Below, piece by piece: positions 43,801 to 55,598 of a stretch of DNA of 64,000 nucleotides (positions within the stretch are counted from its first letter, which is position 1; the number at the start of each line of letters is the position of its first letter). Both the position numbers and the translations under genes were made by a program. The notes under the pieces were generated by a model that was not told the DNA's origin, did no database searches, and was given only the letters and a program-made list of their open reading frames with translations. Origin of the DNA: Epithemia pelagica (lineage: Eukaryota > Protista > Bacillariophyta); NCBI GenBank assembly GCA_946965045.2, contig OX337231.1, positions 3,782,001-3,846,000 on the forward strand. The letters run 5' to 3'.

Positions 43801-45384
43801 AGTCGAGTGGCGGTCGACCTTTTGCACATCCTTGTATCTATTGTACATGAAGATTTTCATTTACGATCATAACTCGTTACATAATCTATCGATCTATCCA
43901 TGTCTTTGTATGTGCTTTCTGTTGTTCCAATGGTATCCTTCTGGAATTTTCCGCTCGTCCTCTACTACGAGTTCGTAGATGAAAGCTTGGTCTCTCTAAA
44001 CTATAGGTCGTAAATGGTCCATGGTCCAACGTTCCCATAGACGTAATCGCCGAGTGTGTTGGTCATAGTTAGGTCATCTTGTGTTGTGAAACGTGACAGT
44101 GACAAGCCCTTCGCAGGTTCGGGGTACTCCGGCGACATCATCTGGTTTTGATTTATGTCTGGCTGGTTTTCGCCCTACCAGTTTGTTCGGACTTTGACAG
44201 AAAAGACAGTGTCTCTGCTTCCGAATCCGACATTTGGGAATGAACATGTCTGGGTCTGAGTCCCATTTCGTAGGGTGTCACCAGTCACCATCACCAGAAA
44301 ATCCGGCACTGCCTAGAGAACGCTAGCTTCCCTTTCTGTACCGTCGGAAAGTTTGCGGTCTAGGACGAAATACTCATTTTCGGCAGTGGCCGCATCTCCG
44401 ATATCAAGATGAGAACCTTCGGATGGAGGCCGTCCTTGGCATAAGTACGAACGAGACGAGTGAGAGACCAAACGCGAACTTTCTCTCCTGCCGTGGATAC
44501 GAAGCGTTGAGTGTCCCAGTTATTACGATGGACCTGTCTCTGATTTGACTGCGACACACCGTGAAAACGAGAGAAACCAAAGAATGGATTACGAATTACG
44601 AACTCTGGTTTACATCATGGATTGTGAAATTTTTATGGAACCTACTACCTACCCAGTAGAGACCAAAACGAGAAGACCGAAAAAAGAAAAAAGGGTTTGG
44701 CGCAATCAACTGGTTTCTAGTTTTTCGACTCTCGACTCTCGACGTGTACTCCACGGAAAGCCTTTGGAAAGGTCTGCAAGGTCGACGTACTCAACGAGAA
44801 GGCTTGGGAAAGGTCAAGAACACCAAATCGCCGTCGTGTTTCATTTTGGGGACTGGAAAACTTCGCATTTCGCATTGGCTATTCCAGTCAGTGTTTGGTG
44901 GACTCTCGGATTGATTGGCGAATTGTCGTGAATGCAAACGAGTTGGTCGACTTGTTCAGTGGCAGTGTGGCATGTTCTCCTAGAGATGGAACTGGCATGT
45001 TCTCGTTGGTGTTGTTGTATTTGTTGTATTAACAACATACCAGAGTACAACCAGCCAGACTGGTGAGTGCTGCCGTTGCGGCTTTCTGTCTGTCTGATTT
45101 TGGCGTAACAAACAACAGGAAACACCAAAAACGAACCAGTGGTTGGGTGACGAAAGCAAGCTTTTGGCCCACACACTTACAAACATACCATTTCACAAAC
45201 AACAACAACATAGGAAGAAGAAGAGGCATACAGCATTCGCACTGTGGGGATCCTCCTTGTTCGAAACGGCACCACGCGACGACGATTGAACCCACACTCA
45301 GGCTCTACTGTTGGGAGGAACGCACGAGGAGGTTAACCTGTAAAATCACCAAAGAACAACAACAACAAGTTGACTCTCTCCATC

Positions 45385-47436
45385 ATGTCGTCCTCTCCAT
45401 CATTTGTGGAGGATTCGAATGTTCGAGCAGCGCTTCGCTGTGAATGGTGTCGCCGTCGCCGCGTACACGACGAGCCGAAACCACAACAACAACAACAACA
45501 ACAAGGAATTGTAGCGGCGTGTGCCCTCAACAATATGGGCGTCCTCTTCTTGTCCAAGGGCGCTCTCCGATTGGCCATTCGAACCTTTCAAGATGCCTTG
45601 GAAATTCTACAAACTACCTTAGCAGCAACTGCTGCTACAGCAGCCACGGTCCAAACGACGACTCGACCCGTGGCGCAGCACTGTACCTGTCCACCGGGCG
45701 CACAGTTGCCAACAACGAGTCCTCGTCCTGCGGATCCATCCATCCTTGTATTGGAGGACGAACCAGACGAAACTGGGGAAGAAGAAGAAGCAGAAGATGT
45801 GGCTCGTTTTCAATCCTTTTGTCAGAAGCGACTCTCGGCGGCATCCAAGAGTCTCTGTCACTTGTCCTTGTCGTCGTCGTCGTCGTCTCGTCCTCATTGT
45901 ACCACCAGGCCGCCGGAGGCATGCCCCCAAGAAGAAGAACAAGAAGATCAAGACCATTCCTCATTGTTATCTCTCTCCGTAGAGCAGATGTCCTTGACTG
46001 AAACGGGGACAACAGCCGTCCGGTCCGAACTCGTAGAGAGTCTGGATGCCGCACCATTGCCCAGTACTGAAGGAGGCTCCGCTTCTTCTTGGAGGACCAC
46101 ACCATCCCGTGAAGAGTTACCACCAAGGACCACCCACTCCTCCGCGAGTAGTGCCACGTCCACAACACGAAGAACAAGGGGGAGAATGAGGCCATTGTCG
46201 GCGGATTCGGGTACACCGCTGACACCGTCGCCCTTCTCGAGCCAAGTACAGATTGTCGAAGACAATGATATCATTGTCTTGCTGTTTGCTACAGCCGCAG
46301 TGACTCAGGAAGAAGACGGCAAAGAAGAATCAGGGGTTCCGTCTAGGTCGTGTAGCTTGCCGGCCATTCTCATTCGAGAGCCGTTTCGCACTGGAGGAGG
46401 AGACAGTTTGGAAGTGCAACCGTCCAACGACGAGCAGGATCAAGTAGAAGATGCTACAGTAGCAAACGGAACGGACAATCGAAAGGAGGACGATCATGCC
46501 GAACGAGAATCCGGTATTCTCTTGTACAACTATGGAGTTGCCATGTTGCTCGTGGAGCTAAACATGCCGAAAGAACCACATGGCCGTGTGGGAGATTCGA
46601 CAATGCCGAACAATCAGGAGGGTGAACGCACGGGGTCCAGCACGACAAGGATGGACCCCGACGAACCTCAACAGTCTTCTCCTTCTACAGTCACAAATGC
46701 TACTGAGATGGAGGAGAGAGATGGACAACAGGAGCATCAGCAACGGCAGCGGTTCGACGAATCACAAGACTCTTCTCGAGGCACATCATCATCCAGCAGT
46801 ATCCAAGATAACATACCGCGCGATCAGACGATTTCAAATACCAACTACCATGACAACGCACAAGCGGTGGCCCACAAATTTTTCCTCATGTCCCACTCCG
46901 TTTTATTGAGGAGGCAACAACGGAGAATACAAAACGAATTGCATCATGGAGAGGTCCAACTAGGTTGGCACTTTTTGTTGTCCCAAAGTTTGAATCCTTC
47001 CTCTTCGGCTCCCTCGTCGTCGTCATCATCTTGTTTGCTCTGGGGAGATCTAGAGCATTGGATCTTGTCCCTGTTAGCTCTCGGTGGCGCGGCCCAGATG
47101 AATGCGTCATCATCTTCTTCTTCTCCGCCACTGGACAATGACGACGGGAATGAATCGCCAGTCGGTTTGGAAACTCCTCCCCCATCAAATCCCAGTAGTT
47201 TGCAAGATGATACTACTATTCCGAGTGCCGAAATGGCGCAAACCATTGCGTGGATGTTTCAACAAATTGAGTATCTCGTTCACTTTCCAGTCTTGTTGGG
47301 ATGCTTTGCCATTGGCACCATTGGTGGTACTACGGCCAACAATACCAATCGTGAGGAACAAGAAGGTACAAATCGCAATCACACACGATTATTGTCATCC
47401 CTGCGAATCACCACAACCACCGCTGGAGCGGCTTAG
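45385..47436 (+). CDS. TPR-like helical family, copy 2, with large disordered inserts
   Basis: ACALNNMGVLFLSKGALRLAIRTFQDALEIL, PAILIREP, RESGILLYNYGVAML. First ATG at 45385. Confidence 0.75.
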   Translation: MSSSPSFVEDSNVRAALRCEWCRRRRVHDEPKPQQQQQQQGIVAACALNNMGVLFLSKGALRLAIRTFQDALEILQTTLAATAATAATVQTTTRPVAQHCTCPPGAQLPTTSPRPADPSILVLEDEPDETGEEEEAEDVARFQSFCQKRLSAASKSLCHLSLSSSSSSRPHCTTRPPEACPQEEEQEDQDHSSLLSLSVEQMSLTETGTTAVRSELVESLDAAPLPSTEGGSASSWRTTPSREELPPRTTHSSASSATSTTRRTRGRMRPLSADSGTPLTPSPFSSQVQIVEDNDIIVLLFATAAVTQEEDGKEESGVPSRSCSLPAILIREPFRTGGGDSLEVQPSNDEQDQVEDATVANGTDNRKEDDHAERESGILLYNYGVAMLLVELNMPKEPHGRVGDSTMPNNQEGERTGSSTTRMDPDEPQQSSPSTVTNATEMEERDGQQEHQQRQRFDESQDSSRGTSSSSSIQDNIPRDQTISNTNYHDNAQAVAHKFFLMSHSVLLRRQQRRIQNELHHGEVQLGWHFLLSQSLNPSSSAPSSSSSSCLLWGDLEHWILSLLALGGAAQMNASSSSSSPPLDNDDGNESPVGLETPPPSNPSSLQDDTTIPSAEMAQTIAWMFQQIEYLVHFPVLLGCFAIGTIGGTTANNTNREEQEGTNRNHTRLLSSLRITTTTAGAA

Positions 47437-47793
47437 GTAGGTTTGGATGGTTGGATGCATGTTGATCTTGGATCCCCGAGCTTGGAGTGGTCACTGTCCT
47501 CGGAATGTTTGGTTCACCTAGCACTGCTAGTTTCATGAAGTCACGCCCCAAAACTTTAGGGGTATTGGAAATGTACCCTCGTACATGATTCAGACAACAC
47601 GATATTTTGTTGCATTTTTGCAGATCACCCCCTGTTCCAGTTCCCACTATCTACATAACGATACTCCTCTAGTCATGAGTATTACGTTGTCACGACTATA
47701 ATGGAAACATGAAGGAGTATCTCTATAGCTTTATAAAGGTAATGGAACATTCGATTCATGGGTATTCTGTTCTTGTGAGGTGATCTTTCCATT

Positions 47794-50454
47794 TTAATCC
47801 AATTCCATGGGAACACCACCTCGTCCTGGAGACGTTGTTGTCGCCGAGACATTAGTGCCGGTAGTCCTTCGTAGTAAAATGGGATTGGTAGTAACAGGAG
47901 GAGATGCCACAACAGCCGAAGAGGAATATCGTGGAAAGATATTGGGAACCGAGGATTGTCGTTCTCCCATTCCAAACATTCGTCGTGACGGCATGGCGAT
48001 GGCATCCGCGCTGCCACTGTTGTTGTTGTTGTTAGCATGCGAAGATGACACGACCGCAGGGGTAGCACCGGCTAGACTGAACCGTCGTCCTCCACGAGGC
48101 ATGGCACCGGCGGTACCAGTAGTGCCAGTAGAAGTGGTCGTCATGGGGGGCATGCCTCCGGTGGCGGTCTTGTGACGTTTCATGGATTCTTGACGTTGCA
48201 GCTGCATCAAACTCCGGCGAGAATTGGACCGAGTCATGAGCCCATTGCCAGCAGCAGGTGTACTGGACGAATGGCCGGGAGGTGGTTGGTAATGAAACGA
48301 GTTTTGACGATGTTGAATCAAGAGCGCACGGCGAGAATCGGATCGTTGCAACAACTCTTGGCTCCCGCGAGGTGTTTGAGTCGAAAGAGGCTGTGTCGGT
48401 AGCAATGCTGGGTCTTGACCTTGCTGCTGCAACTGTTGTTGTCCTTTCATGGACGCTCGTCGTTGCAGCAAGCTGCGCCTGGAAAAGGAGCGTTGCAAAT
48501 GCGTCATGGGACCACCGTTACTGGGAGAGTTAGTAGTACTATTTCCACCAGTGGTGCTGCTAATGGAGGCCTTGACGCTTTCGTCGACCATCCAATTCTT
48601 GTGGGACGACGATGAAGGAGTACCATTGCTATTACAGGTGGTAGCAGCCCCAGACTGAGAACACCGGCGGCGACGGAGGGGTGATGTGCTCGATCGTGAA
48701 TGCCGATGTTGCTGCGGCATGGAATCTTGACTCCCAACCGAGGAGCATCGCGATTGGTCATCGTTTTGACTGTGCATGGACGAATTGCGTTGCAAGATAC
48801 TCCGTTGCTGATGAAAGGATCGTCTTCGTTGTTCGGCCCAACACAAGTTGGCCTTGGTATGGTTGGAAGTATTGTAAAGGTTGGGCATGTCCAAGGCATC
48901 TTGTTGAGCAGCTCGAGCATCGGCTTCTCCTATGAATCGAGCAAACATGTGAGCATACTGACAGTGCTTGCCATACACTTGGGCAATTTCTTGTTCCAAT
49001 CGTTGTCGGGCTTCCTTTGAGGGCGTATTACTGCTGGTTTCCGTCGTGGAGGGTGTGGACGAGGAAGACAAGGAGGAAGAGTCGGATCCAGTACAAGAGG
49101 AGGATGTAGAGCTACTACTCGACAATTGTGCCACAACTCGTCGAGACTCATTCATCAAATCCATGCGATCCTTCTTGTGTTGTTGCGAAACATACTTTTC
49201 CAAGCCTCGAGTGGGGAGTTTGGAAGTGCACCACGATTCCAACAAGGCACAGGCAGAATCATCTTCGTCCATCATAGTCGGGTTGTTCTTGGAGGAGGAG
49301 GCAAAGACAGAGCAAGATCTCGATGATGGAAGGTTGCCCTCTTGAGGCACTCTTGATACTTGCATGCTGGCTTCCTCTTGACAATCATCATCATCATGTT
49401 CGGCTAGATCTTCGGCTTGTGGCAACTCTTGGGAATCCTCTCCACTCTTCTTGTTGTCGTCTTGTTCGTCCTTGTCCTGTTTGCAGGCTTCTACGACATA
49501 GGAAAAGGCTTGTTGGACACATTCGGCACTTAGGGTATCGCATTTGCGAATTTGTTTGGTGGAATATTTGGCCGCCAATCGAATGGCTTGATATTCATGA
49601 GGACACCACCAGGTTTCCCATCGTTCTTCGGTCGATACCTCCTTCAAACAGGGAATAGTCCCCACAATGGTAGACATGGGATGGGCAAATCGAACACCGC
49701 TATTCGTACTACTCGATGGTTTCCTCCGTGGACTGCTGCCAGTCGTGGTAGTATGGGTAGTATGGGTAGCAGTAGAAGCAGTCGAGAGACTATGAGACAT
49801 GAGGTCCTCCTCGGATGGTGCTTCCAAGGAAGAGGACTCGTGCTCGGTTTTCGTGACATTGGTCCGCCCCAGTTGTCTTGATTTCTTCTTTTTCTTATTA
49901 TTGTTGTTCTTGTTATGGTTGTTGGTTTGGGCGTTTGGTGAGGAGGATTCACTTTCTAGTTGTTGTGATTGTGCTGGAGTCGTAGAAAACAAGAGTGCGG
50001 CATCCTCGACTGGTTCCGCCACCACAGAGTGTGGTTGAAGACAAGCGCCGAGCAACTCGGCCCGATCTTCCGAAACGGAGGACCGATACGAAGTGGATTC
50101 GACCGAGGCCGTGGAACAGGTTCGACTGGAACCTTCATCTTGAAACTTGTGATTGTGGTTATTAGTATTGCTCATGAGCAATGCCTTGGAGGAACTAGAG
50201 GAATGGTGTGGAAGAAAGGGTTGTTTGAACAAATCCCGCAAGGATCGACTCTTATGATGCAAGGAAAAGCGACGACTGCTTCCTCCCAGGGCCGCAGTGT
50301 TACCACCACCATGGGGATGATTGGTATGGACCGAGTTGCGTCGTTTTTGTTTGTGCATGGTAGCTGTATTAGTGGTGATCATGGCAACAGAGGTAGTGGC
50401 ATTGCTGGATGTAGCTGGTAAAGAAGTCGCATCGAGTACCATCGACACGGGCAT
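47794..50454 (-). CDS. Uncharacterised 'VxF..W..RGLE' family protein, 886 aa
   Basis: GVRFAHP..TWWCPHEYQAIR, TRGLEKY, FARFIGEADA. Same block order as 4661-7252. Confidence 0.75.
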   Translation of the reverse strand: MPVSMVLDATSLPATSSNATTSVAMITTNTATMHKQKRRNSVHTNHPHGGGNTAALGGSSRRFSLHHKSRSLRDLFKQPFLPHHSSSSSKALLMSNTNNHNHKFQDEGSSRTCSTASVESTSYRSSVSEDRAELLGACLQPHSVVAEPVEDAALLFSTTPAQSQQLESESSSPNAQTNNHNKNNNNKKKKKSRQLGRTNVTKTEHESSSLEAPSEEDLMSHSLSTASTATHTTHTTTTGSSPRRKPSSSTNSGVRFAHPMSTIVGTIPCLKEVSTEERWETWWCPHEYQAIRLAAKYSTKQIRKCDTLSAECVQQAFSYVVEACKQDKDEQDDNKKSGEDSQELPQAEDLAEHDDDDCQEEASMQVSRVPQEGNLPSSRSCSVFASSSKNNPTMMDEDDSACALLESWCTSKLPTRGLEKYVSQQHKKDRMDLMNESRRVVAQLSSSSSTSSSCTGSDSSSLSSSSTPSTTETSSNTPSKEARQRLEQEIAQVYGKHCQYAHMFARFIGEADARAAQQDALDMPNLYNTSNHTKANLCWAEQRRRSFHQQRSILQRNSSMHSQNDDQSRCSSVGSQDSMPQQHRHSRSSTSPLRRRRCSQSGAATTCNSNGTPSSSSHKNWMVDESVKASISSTTGGNSTTNSPSNGGPMTHLQRSFSRRSLLQRRASMKGQQQLQQQGQDPALLPTQPLSTQTPRGSQELLQRSDSRRALLIQHRQNSFHYQPPPGHSSSTPAAGNGLMTRSNSRRSLMQLQRQESMKRHKTATGGMPPMTTTSTGTTGTAGAMPRGGRRFSLAGATPAVVSSSHANNNNNSGSADAIAMPSRRMFGMGERQSSVPNIFPRYSSSAVVASPPVTTNPILLRRTTGTNVSATTTSPGRGGVPMELD

Positions 50455-50510
50455 GATGATTGGTTATTCGAGAAGTTGGGCAAGGCTTTCCAAATTATGA
50501 ACTGAGTTTG

Positions 50511-50542
<32 letters not shown>

Positions 50543-53296
50543 TTGTTGAATCAAACCGATTTAGGTGGGGGAAAGGTACAGAGAATGACGACAGTGTCGA
50601 GATTCGTTTCCTTTTTCCTTGTTGTATTAGATTCAACCCAACAGTTGTGTATGGAACCAGGAACGAGTTCTTGTCGTTGGAGAGTGAAATCAAGATTATA
50701 AAAACGTGAAGTGTGTGGTTTGGATATCGATGAGAGGCCAGGACCACTTTTGTGGTTACTGGCTAACCACAGCACGGTGATGTTGGTCCAATCCAAACCA
50801 CCCAAAGGGATAAATGAAGCGATCAATACACCAATGGGAAGCCTTTGATCGGAATAGAAACAACCGTACACAGGCAGGATACGAATCTCTCTCTACCTCT
50901 AGTAGAAGTAGAGGGATGAATGAAACACTGCGTTGCTCTGTGGTCAACCGGTTGCCTAGTAGATCGGGGGATCTTGTTGTTCCATTACTACTGCAAAACA
51001 GAAAAACGTGACGGTTGCTTTGATCTTATTTGATTGTCAAAGGAAAATTCGTGAAGGTTTGTAGTGTACAAGCGTTCCAACAGTCAAATCGTAGATTAGT
51101 GACCAAGGCAATAGTAACGAAAGATACCATCTGACTCTTTCAATGACTTTGGAAACGTCGGGCTATGGTGAAGTGTCGTGGACGAGAGTTTCTTGGTCTT
51201 GGTATTGCCAGGGTTTTTTAAAATGTCATTTGGGTCATTCGGAAGATTTTTCCGATCGTTATGTCCGCGAAAAAATGGGTCGCAATTGTGGTGGAGTTCG
51301 GCGAATAGCACAATCAAATTTGTTGGGCAACCAAATGAGCTTTGGTTGGGCTTGAGTGATCGCCACTGTTCCTTGCGAAAAAAACGAGAGTCAGCTTCAC
51401 GACCCAACGCAATTCTAAAAGTAAGGGCTGTTCATGACCATCTCCTTGCCACAAAGAAAGGCTCGACCGATATTTCTGATTGATATTGAAGAAACGTATT
51501 GGGCGTTACGATTATATAACAGTTGATTCATTTCTTACGACCCCCATCCCCCATTGTCCCCCAGAGGATCTTGGGTCACAATATCGCACCAAGCAACAAG
51601 AAGTTGCTGGTGAAACAACCATCGTGCCAAATCCGCTGTCACTGCAACCCGACCGTCTTGGCCCATACACTGCTGGTTTCTAGTAGATTATATTATTGTC
51701 TATTGTTGTCTGCTATCGGTTGTCGTGTTGTTGTTTGGTGCTGGTGTGCTCCCCCCACCAGCCCATTCACGCACACTACTGCTGGAGAATTAGGTACAGG
51801 CACCACCGAGATTGACAATTGTTTTGCATTGTTTTGCAAATGACAAATGACCTCTTCGTATCGGTAATGTCCCCAAAAAAGAGTTTGTGGTGATTCACAG
51901 ACACTGTCGTTTCCCCTTCTATCTTGTCGAAACAAACTGTCTCTCGGCGGGCGCTACCTCTGCTACTACTTGTGGTTGCCATTCCGGTGCGGCAGCAAGC
52001 CCCAACGATACAGAATGACACTACGAGTAGAGAGAGGAGATATATCTAACCAAATGGGAGGCAGCCCTACATCCTTTTTATTTTATTATTGGAGTTCTAA
52101 TGGCTTTGCCGACGTGGACCATTGGTATCGTCAATTACTCACCACGGACCCAAGTCATGTCGAGAAGACGAATGGTCATCTCCTGTATGCTGGCTTTTCT
52201 ACGAGTAGACATTCCACTAGTGTATGAGTACTCCAAGAAGTTGAAAATACGTAGTCCTCGCAAGATACTTACTACTTGGTCATTTGATTGGTGTCAACCA
52301 TGTCGACGGCATCTGTATCCGTCATTTGCCTGAAACCGCTCAAAATGATCGGCAGACTCACAGTATAGCAGCGTGCACTGGTTGTTGTCGTTGTTGTATA
52401 TCTCAAGGACGAAAACCTGCGTGCTTGCTTGCGGAGTTCTCTCTCTCACTCTCTCTCCTCGTAAACATGCAACGCTTGTGTTGGCGGTCACCGCTACGCA
52501 TTCCACCGACGACGAAACTCGGTCATCTCACGACCTCCTGTAAATGCGTGATTTCGAAATCACCATTCGAATAAAAACGAGACTGTGTGATTTGTCTCTG
52601 TAGTCGTGACTTGTCGTCGTCGTCGTCGTCGTTCTTGTTCTTGTTTTTCGCTGGATTGTCTTGCAGCAGCACAAAAGTTTGGGTCGGACCGTGACTCCTT
52701 GTCTACTACCTAGACCTACAAAATCTCTACCATCAATGTTTGTTCTTGTGGTGACAGGGTGCGTTTCGAAACTTGTGTGTGTTTCTTTGGATGCCAAACA
52801 TTCGCTCGTCTACCTATATAGGTATAGAGAGAGTGAGTCTCTACTAATAATAATAGGAGTACCGGCCAATCAAACGAATGGTCGGCTATTTTTGTGCGCA
52901 CAAGAGGAGACGATTGAATAATAGGGCTACGCACAACCTCTTTTCTACTCGAGCAGAAACAAGGCATCTACGACGTCCTTGCTATATACGTGCATGGTTC
53001 CCGGTAACGACCAGTGTCCAGTAGCTACAGGCCGAGATGAGAGGGCACACTGAGAACAAGAAGCAATATAGAGATACTAGGTCCTGTCTATTCGTATGTA
53101 TTCGAGAACATGACACTCTTATTATTTCTTCTGGGAGTCAATGTTTGACACTCCAAAAACGTTGTACTACTCGTATACCAAGGTTGAAATGAGGATTGTG
53201 ATTCTCGTAAGACTCAACAAGAATCATGCGTGACGAGATGGTTGGAATATTCCGCCATTGGGGATAGCCGTGGGCCTCTCTCATTTCCTCCTCCTA

Positions 53297-54097
53297 TTAC
53301 TCATTTTGTTGCTTTTGGTTGCTCGAATCGTAGTCGGCCAATTGTTGATCCATTTCTTGTTGAATTTTTTGAATTTTTTGCCAATCCGATTGATTCTCAT
53401 CAAGATAACGACGCAATTCGGTCGTGGCCGAAGCCTTGTCCAGGGCCTGTTGGGCCACGGCCATGGTATCAATCCGTTCCTTGCTCGGCTTGTTTTCGAG
53501 GTTGGATCTGGACTGTGCGTCGTCATTGTTGGGATCGGTCGGTGGTTGGGCCAACCGCAAGACCGAATTGGCGGCTGGGGAACCCAAGACAATGTCCAAC
53601 AAGACACCGGCACTCACCACCAAGGGAACGTATTGGCGCCAGGATGAGGAGGATGTGGATGATACTACAGTGTCGGGTGCTGGATTTGATGTTCCCAGAG
53701 GTGGTACCAGTTTGGAAATTTCCAATGCAGTGGCGTCTCCCTCGATTCCGACTACCGGAACAGCCGTTGTAGTATCGGCCACAACCAAATGCAAGGAAGA
53801 AACCACACTGTGAATGGTGTTGGCTGAGTATGATGTCGTTGCGTCCGCAAGCATCCAGGTACAGGAGGATGGAAGAAGTGATTCCAGGACATGGCTGAAT
53901 AATAATTGAGATTGAGAATGATGACCAGACGGCGGTCTCCGTTTGTTCTTTTCACCACGGCAGGGCCGCAGCGCCGTGGTTCGAACCGTGGAGGATGAAC
54001 CGTGGTCCTGTAGTAGGGAGAGGGTCTGAAAGGCTCTGCCATGACCAGCGCACCCAACAACCCATACCAGCACAGCAAATATCCAGGATGGACGCAT
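53297..54097 (-). CDS. Probable plastid-targeted membrane protein of unknown function, 266 aa
   Basis: Signal peptide ending GRA|F followed by an S/R/T-rich transit-like segment. Hydrophobic WRQYVPLVVSAGVLLDIVLGSP and a helical C-terminus. Confidence 0.7.
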   Translation of the reverse strand: MRPSWIFAVLVWVVGCAGHGRAFQTLSLLQDHGSSSTVRTTALRPCRGEKNKRRPPSGHHSQSQLLFSHVLESLLPSSCTWMLADATTSYSANTIHSVVSSLHLVVADTTTAVPVVGIEGDATALEISKLVPPLGTSNPAPDTVVSSTSSSSWRQYVPLVVSAGVLLDIVLGSPAANSVLRLAQPPTDPNNDDAQSRSNLENKPSKERIDTMAVAQQALDKASATTELRRYLDENQSDWQKIQKIQQEMDQQLADYDSSNQKQQNE

Positions 54098-54364
54098 TCC
54101 GAATCAACTTATTGTTTTCGAAGATTGTTGTTGTCGTTGAAAAAGGAAAAGGATATCGCTTCTCGGGCGAAAGAACGCATCCAAGAGGAGGAGGAGGGTG
54201 GTGTCAATAGCCTATCTGGGTTAATGGTTGATGGATCTGTGGATCTTTCCTTGTGTCGTATTAGTCTGTACGTCTCCCGCCTCGCCCTTCCCCGCGAGAC
54301 GCCCTCCAAGGCGCCGGAAAAGTTCCCTACCTATAGTGGAACAAAAAAATACTATAAAATATAA

Positions 54365-54778
54365 TGGTTCTCGAATCATAAGGATTGGCATAGACGAAGG
54401 GTTCGATTAGTATGCCGCTGTAGTAGAAGCTTGTAGTAAACTTCTTGTATCGTTGTCCTCCACAACCACCTTTTCAAATGGTACTCCTAGGGCGGTAACG
54501 GCAGGAGCTTGAGAGAGGAGTCTTGATGCTTTCCGGAGTCCTTCTTGACGAGCCAGTTGTTGTCGCTCTACATCGGTTTGTTTCATGGTGGATCCCAGAG
54601 CACTTTGAATGACCGATAACGAGTCCCTGAATGTGTTTACGGCATCTTGAAAGTGGCCTTTTATCATCAACGTAGCTGCCATATTGTTGAGGGCACATGC
54701 GTCGACAATACACTGCTTAATGTTCAAGACAACATTGTCTCTTGGAGGACATGATGGTACAAACGAGGAGGATATCAT
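54365..54778 (-). pseudogene. TPR-like family copy 3, nonsense-interrupted and truncated
   Basis: DACALNNMAATLMIKGHFQDAVNTFRDSLSVI. The TAA at 54407-54409 is followed in frame by SNPSSMPILMIREP, matching PAILIREP/PLVLIRD. No ESG.LYNY block is seen afterwards. Confidence 0.7.
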
Positions 54779-55398
54779 GGTCCGTCGAAACTTGTTGTTC
54801 TTATTTCTGCTGCTAAATGTTGCACCAACCGGATAATGAGAGTGTTATTTTTTTCTTTGACAGGTAAAAGAACTTTTGGGTCTGTGGCATCCAGTGTTGA
54901 TCTACGATTTACGACATGTATTGAAGATAGAGTACATGACGTGTATGAGTTGAATGGTGCTCTGCTCAATAATAATATCTTCCATTGATTGTTCTCATTC
55001 AATAACTTACTCTTGACTTCAGGTCAAACCTCACTCAGACTCAGAACTCAGAGGTTGAGTTTCCGAACTCGATCTCTATGCTCCTAGGAGTACTCTTGTA
55101 GGAGTAAACCGTAAACTGTCGTAGTATGGGTAGCAAAAGTAGTGGAAGTGTCGAGTGCCGCTCTCACCTCTCGCTCCTCATTGCCGTCGTTGGCGTCTGA
55201 AGTTTGCTTGATGTTTGACTGGGTCTGATCGGTAAGTGAGAAGTGAGGAGTGAAAAGTCAAGAAAGCGAACAGTCTACGAGTATGTTGGAAGTTGGAACC
55301 GTAGCGAAGAGCAACGAGGAATAAATAGAGAACAATGACATAGGCAATCAGCAATCAGAAGACTGTCCCCGTGGTCCAACCTAAACCCGAACCGTTCA

Positions 55399-55471
55399 TT
55401 GGGGTATTGGGGATAAGGGATAAGAGGGTATAAGGTATAAGGTATAAGGTATGAGGGGTAAGGGGATTGGG
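55399..55471 (+). repeat. Degenerate G-rich tandem tract (GGTATAA/GGGATAA-like)
   Basis: TTGGGGTATTGGGGATAAGGGATAAGAGGGTATAAGGTATAAGGTATAAGGTATGAGGGGTAAGGGGATTGGG, directly abutting the 5' LTR. Confidence 0.8.
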
Positions 55472-55584
55472 CGAGAAAGGGTCGCGTTTATGAGCGAAAG
55501 TTTAGCGATAGATAGCTCCTCTAAGTTGGAGGTGCCTAGTAGTCACTCTTTATGTTTTTGTATCATCCACACCACGCTATTTTG
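55472..55584 (+). repeat. 5' LTR (113 bp)
   Basis: 113/113 identical to 61632-61744. Termini CG..TG. Confidence 0.9.
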
Positions 55585-55598
55585 GTTTATCAGACCCA
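55584..55598 (+). promoter_or_regulatory. Candidate primer-binding site
   Basis: GGTTTATCAGACCCA at the end of the 5' LTR. Its reverse complement TGGGT-CTGATAA-ACC looks like a tRNA anticodon arm. Confidence 0.4.

Noticed and set aside
52100-52333. Thioredoxin-like WCQPC in a 77-aa ORF
   Set aside because: The ORF ends 9 codons after the motif and no other thioredoxin-fold elements are visible. Probably chance.
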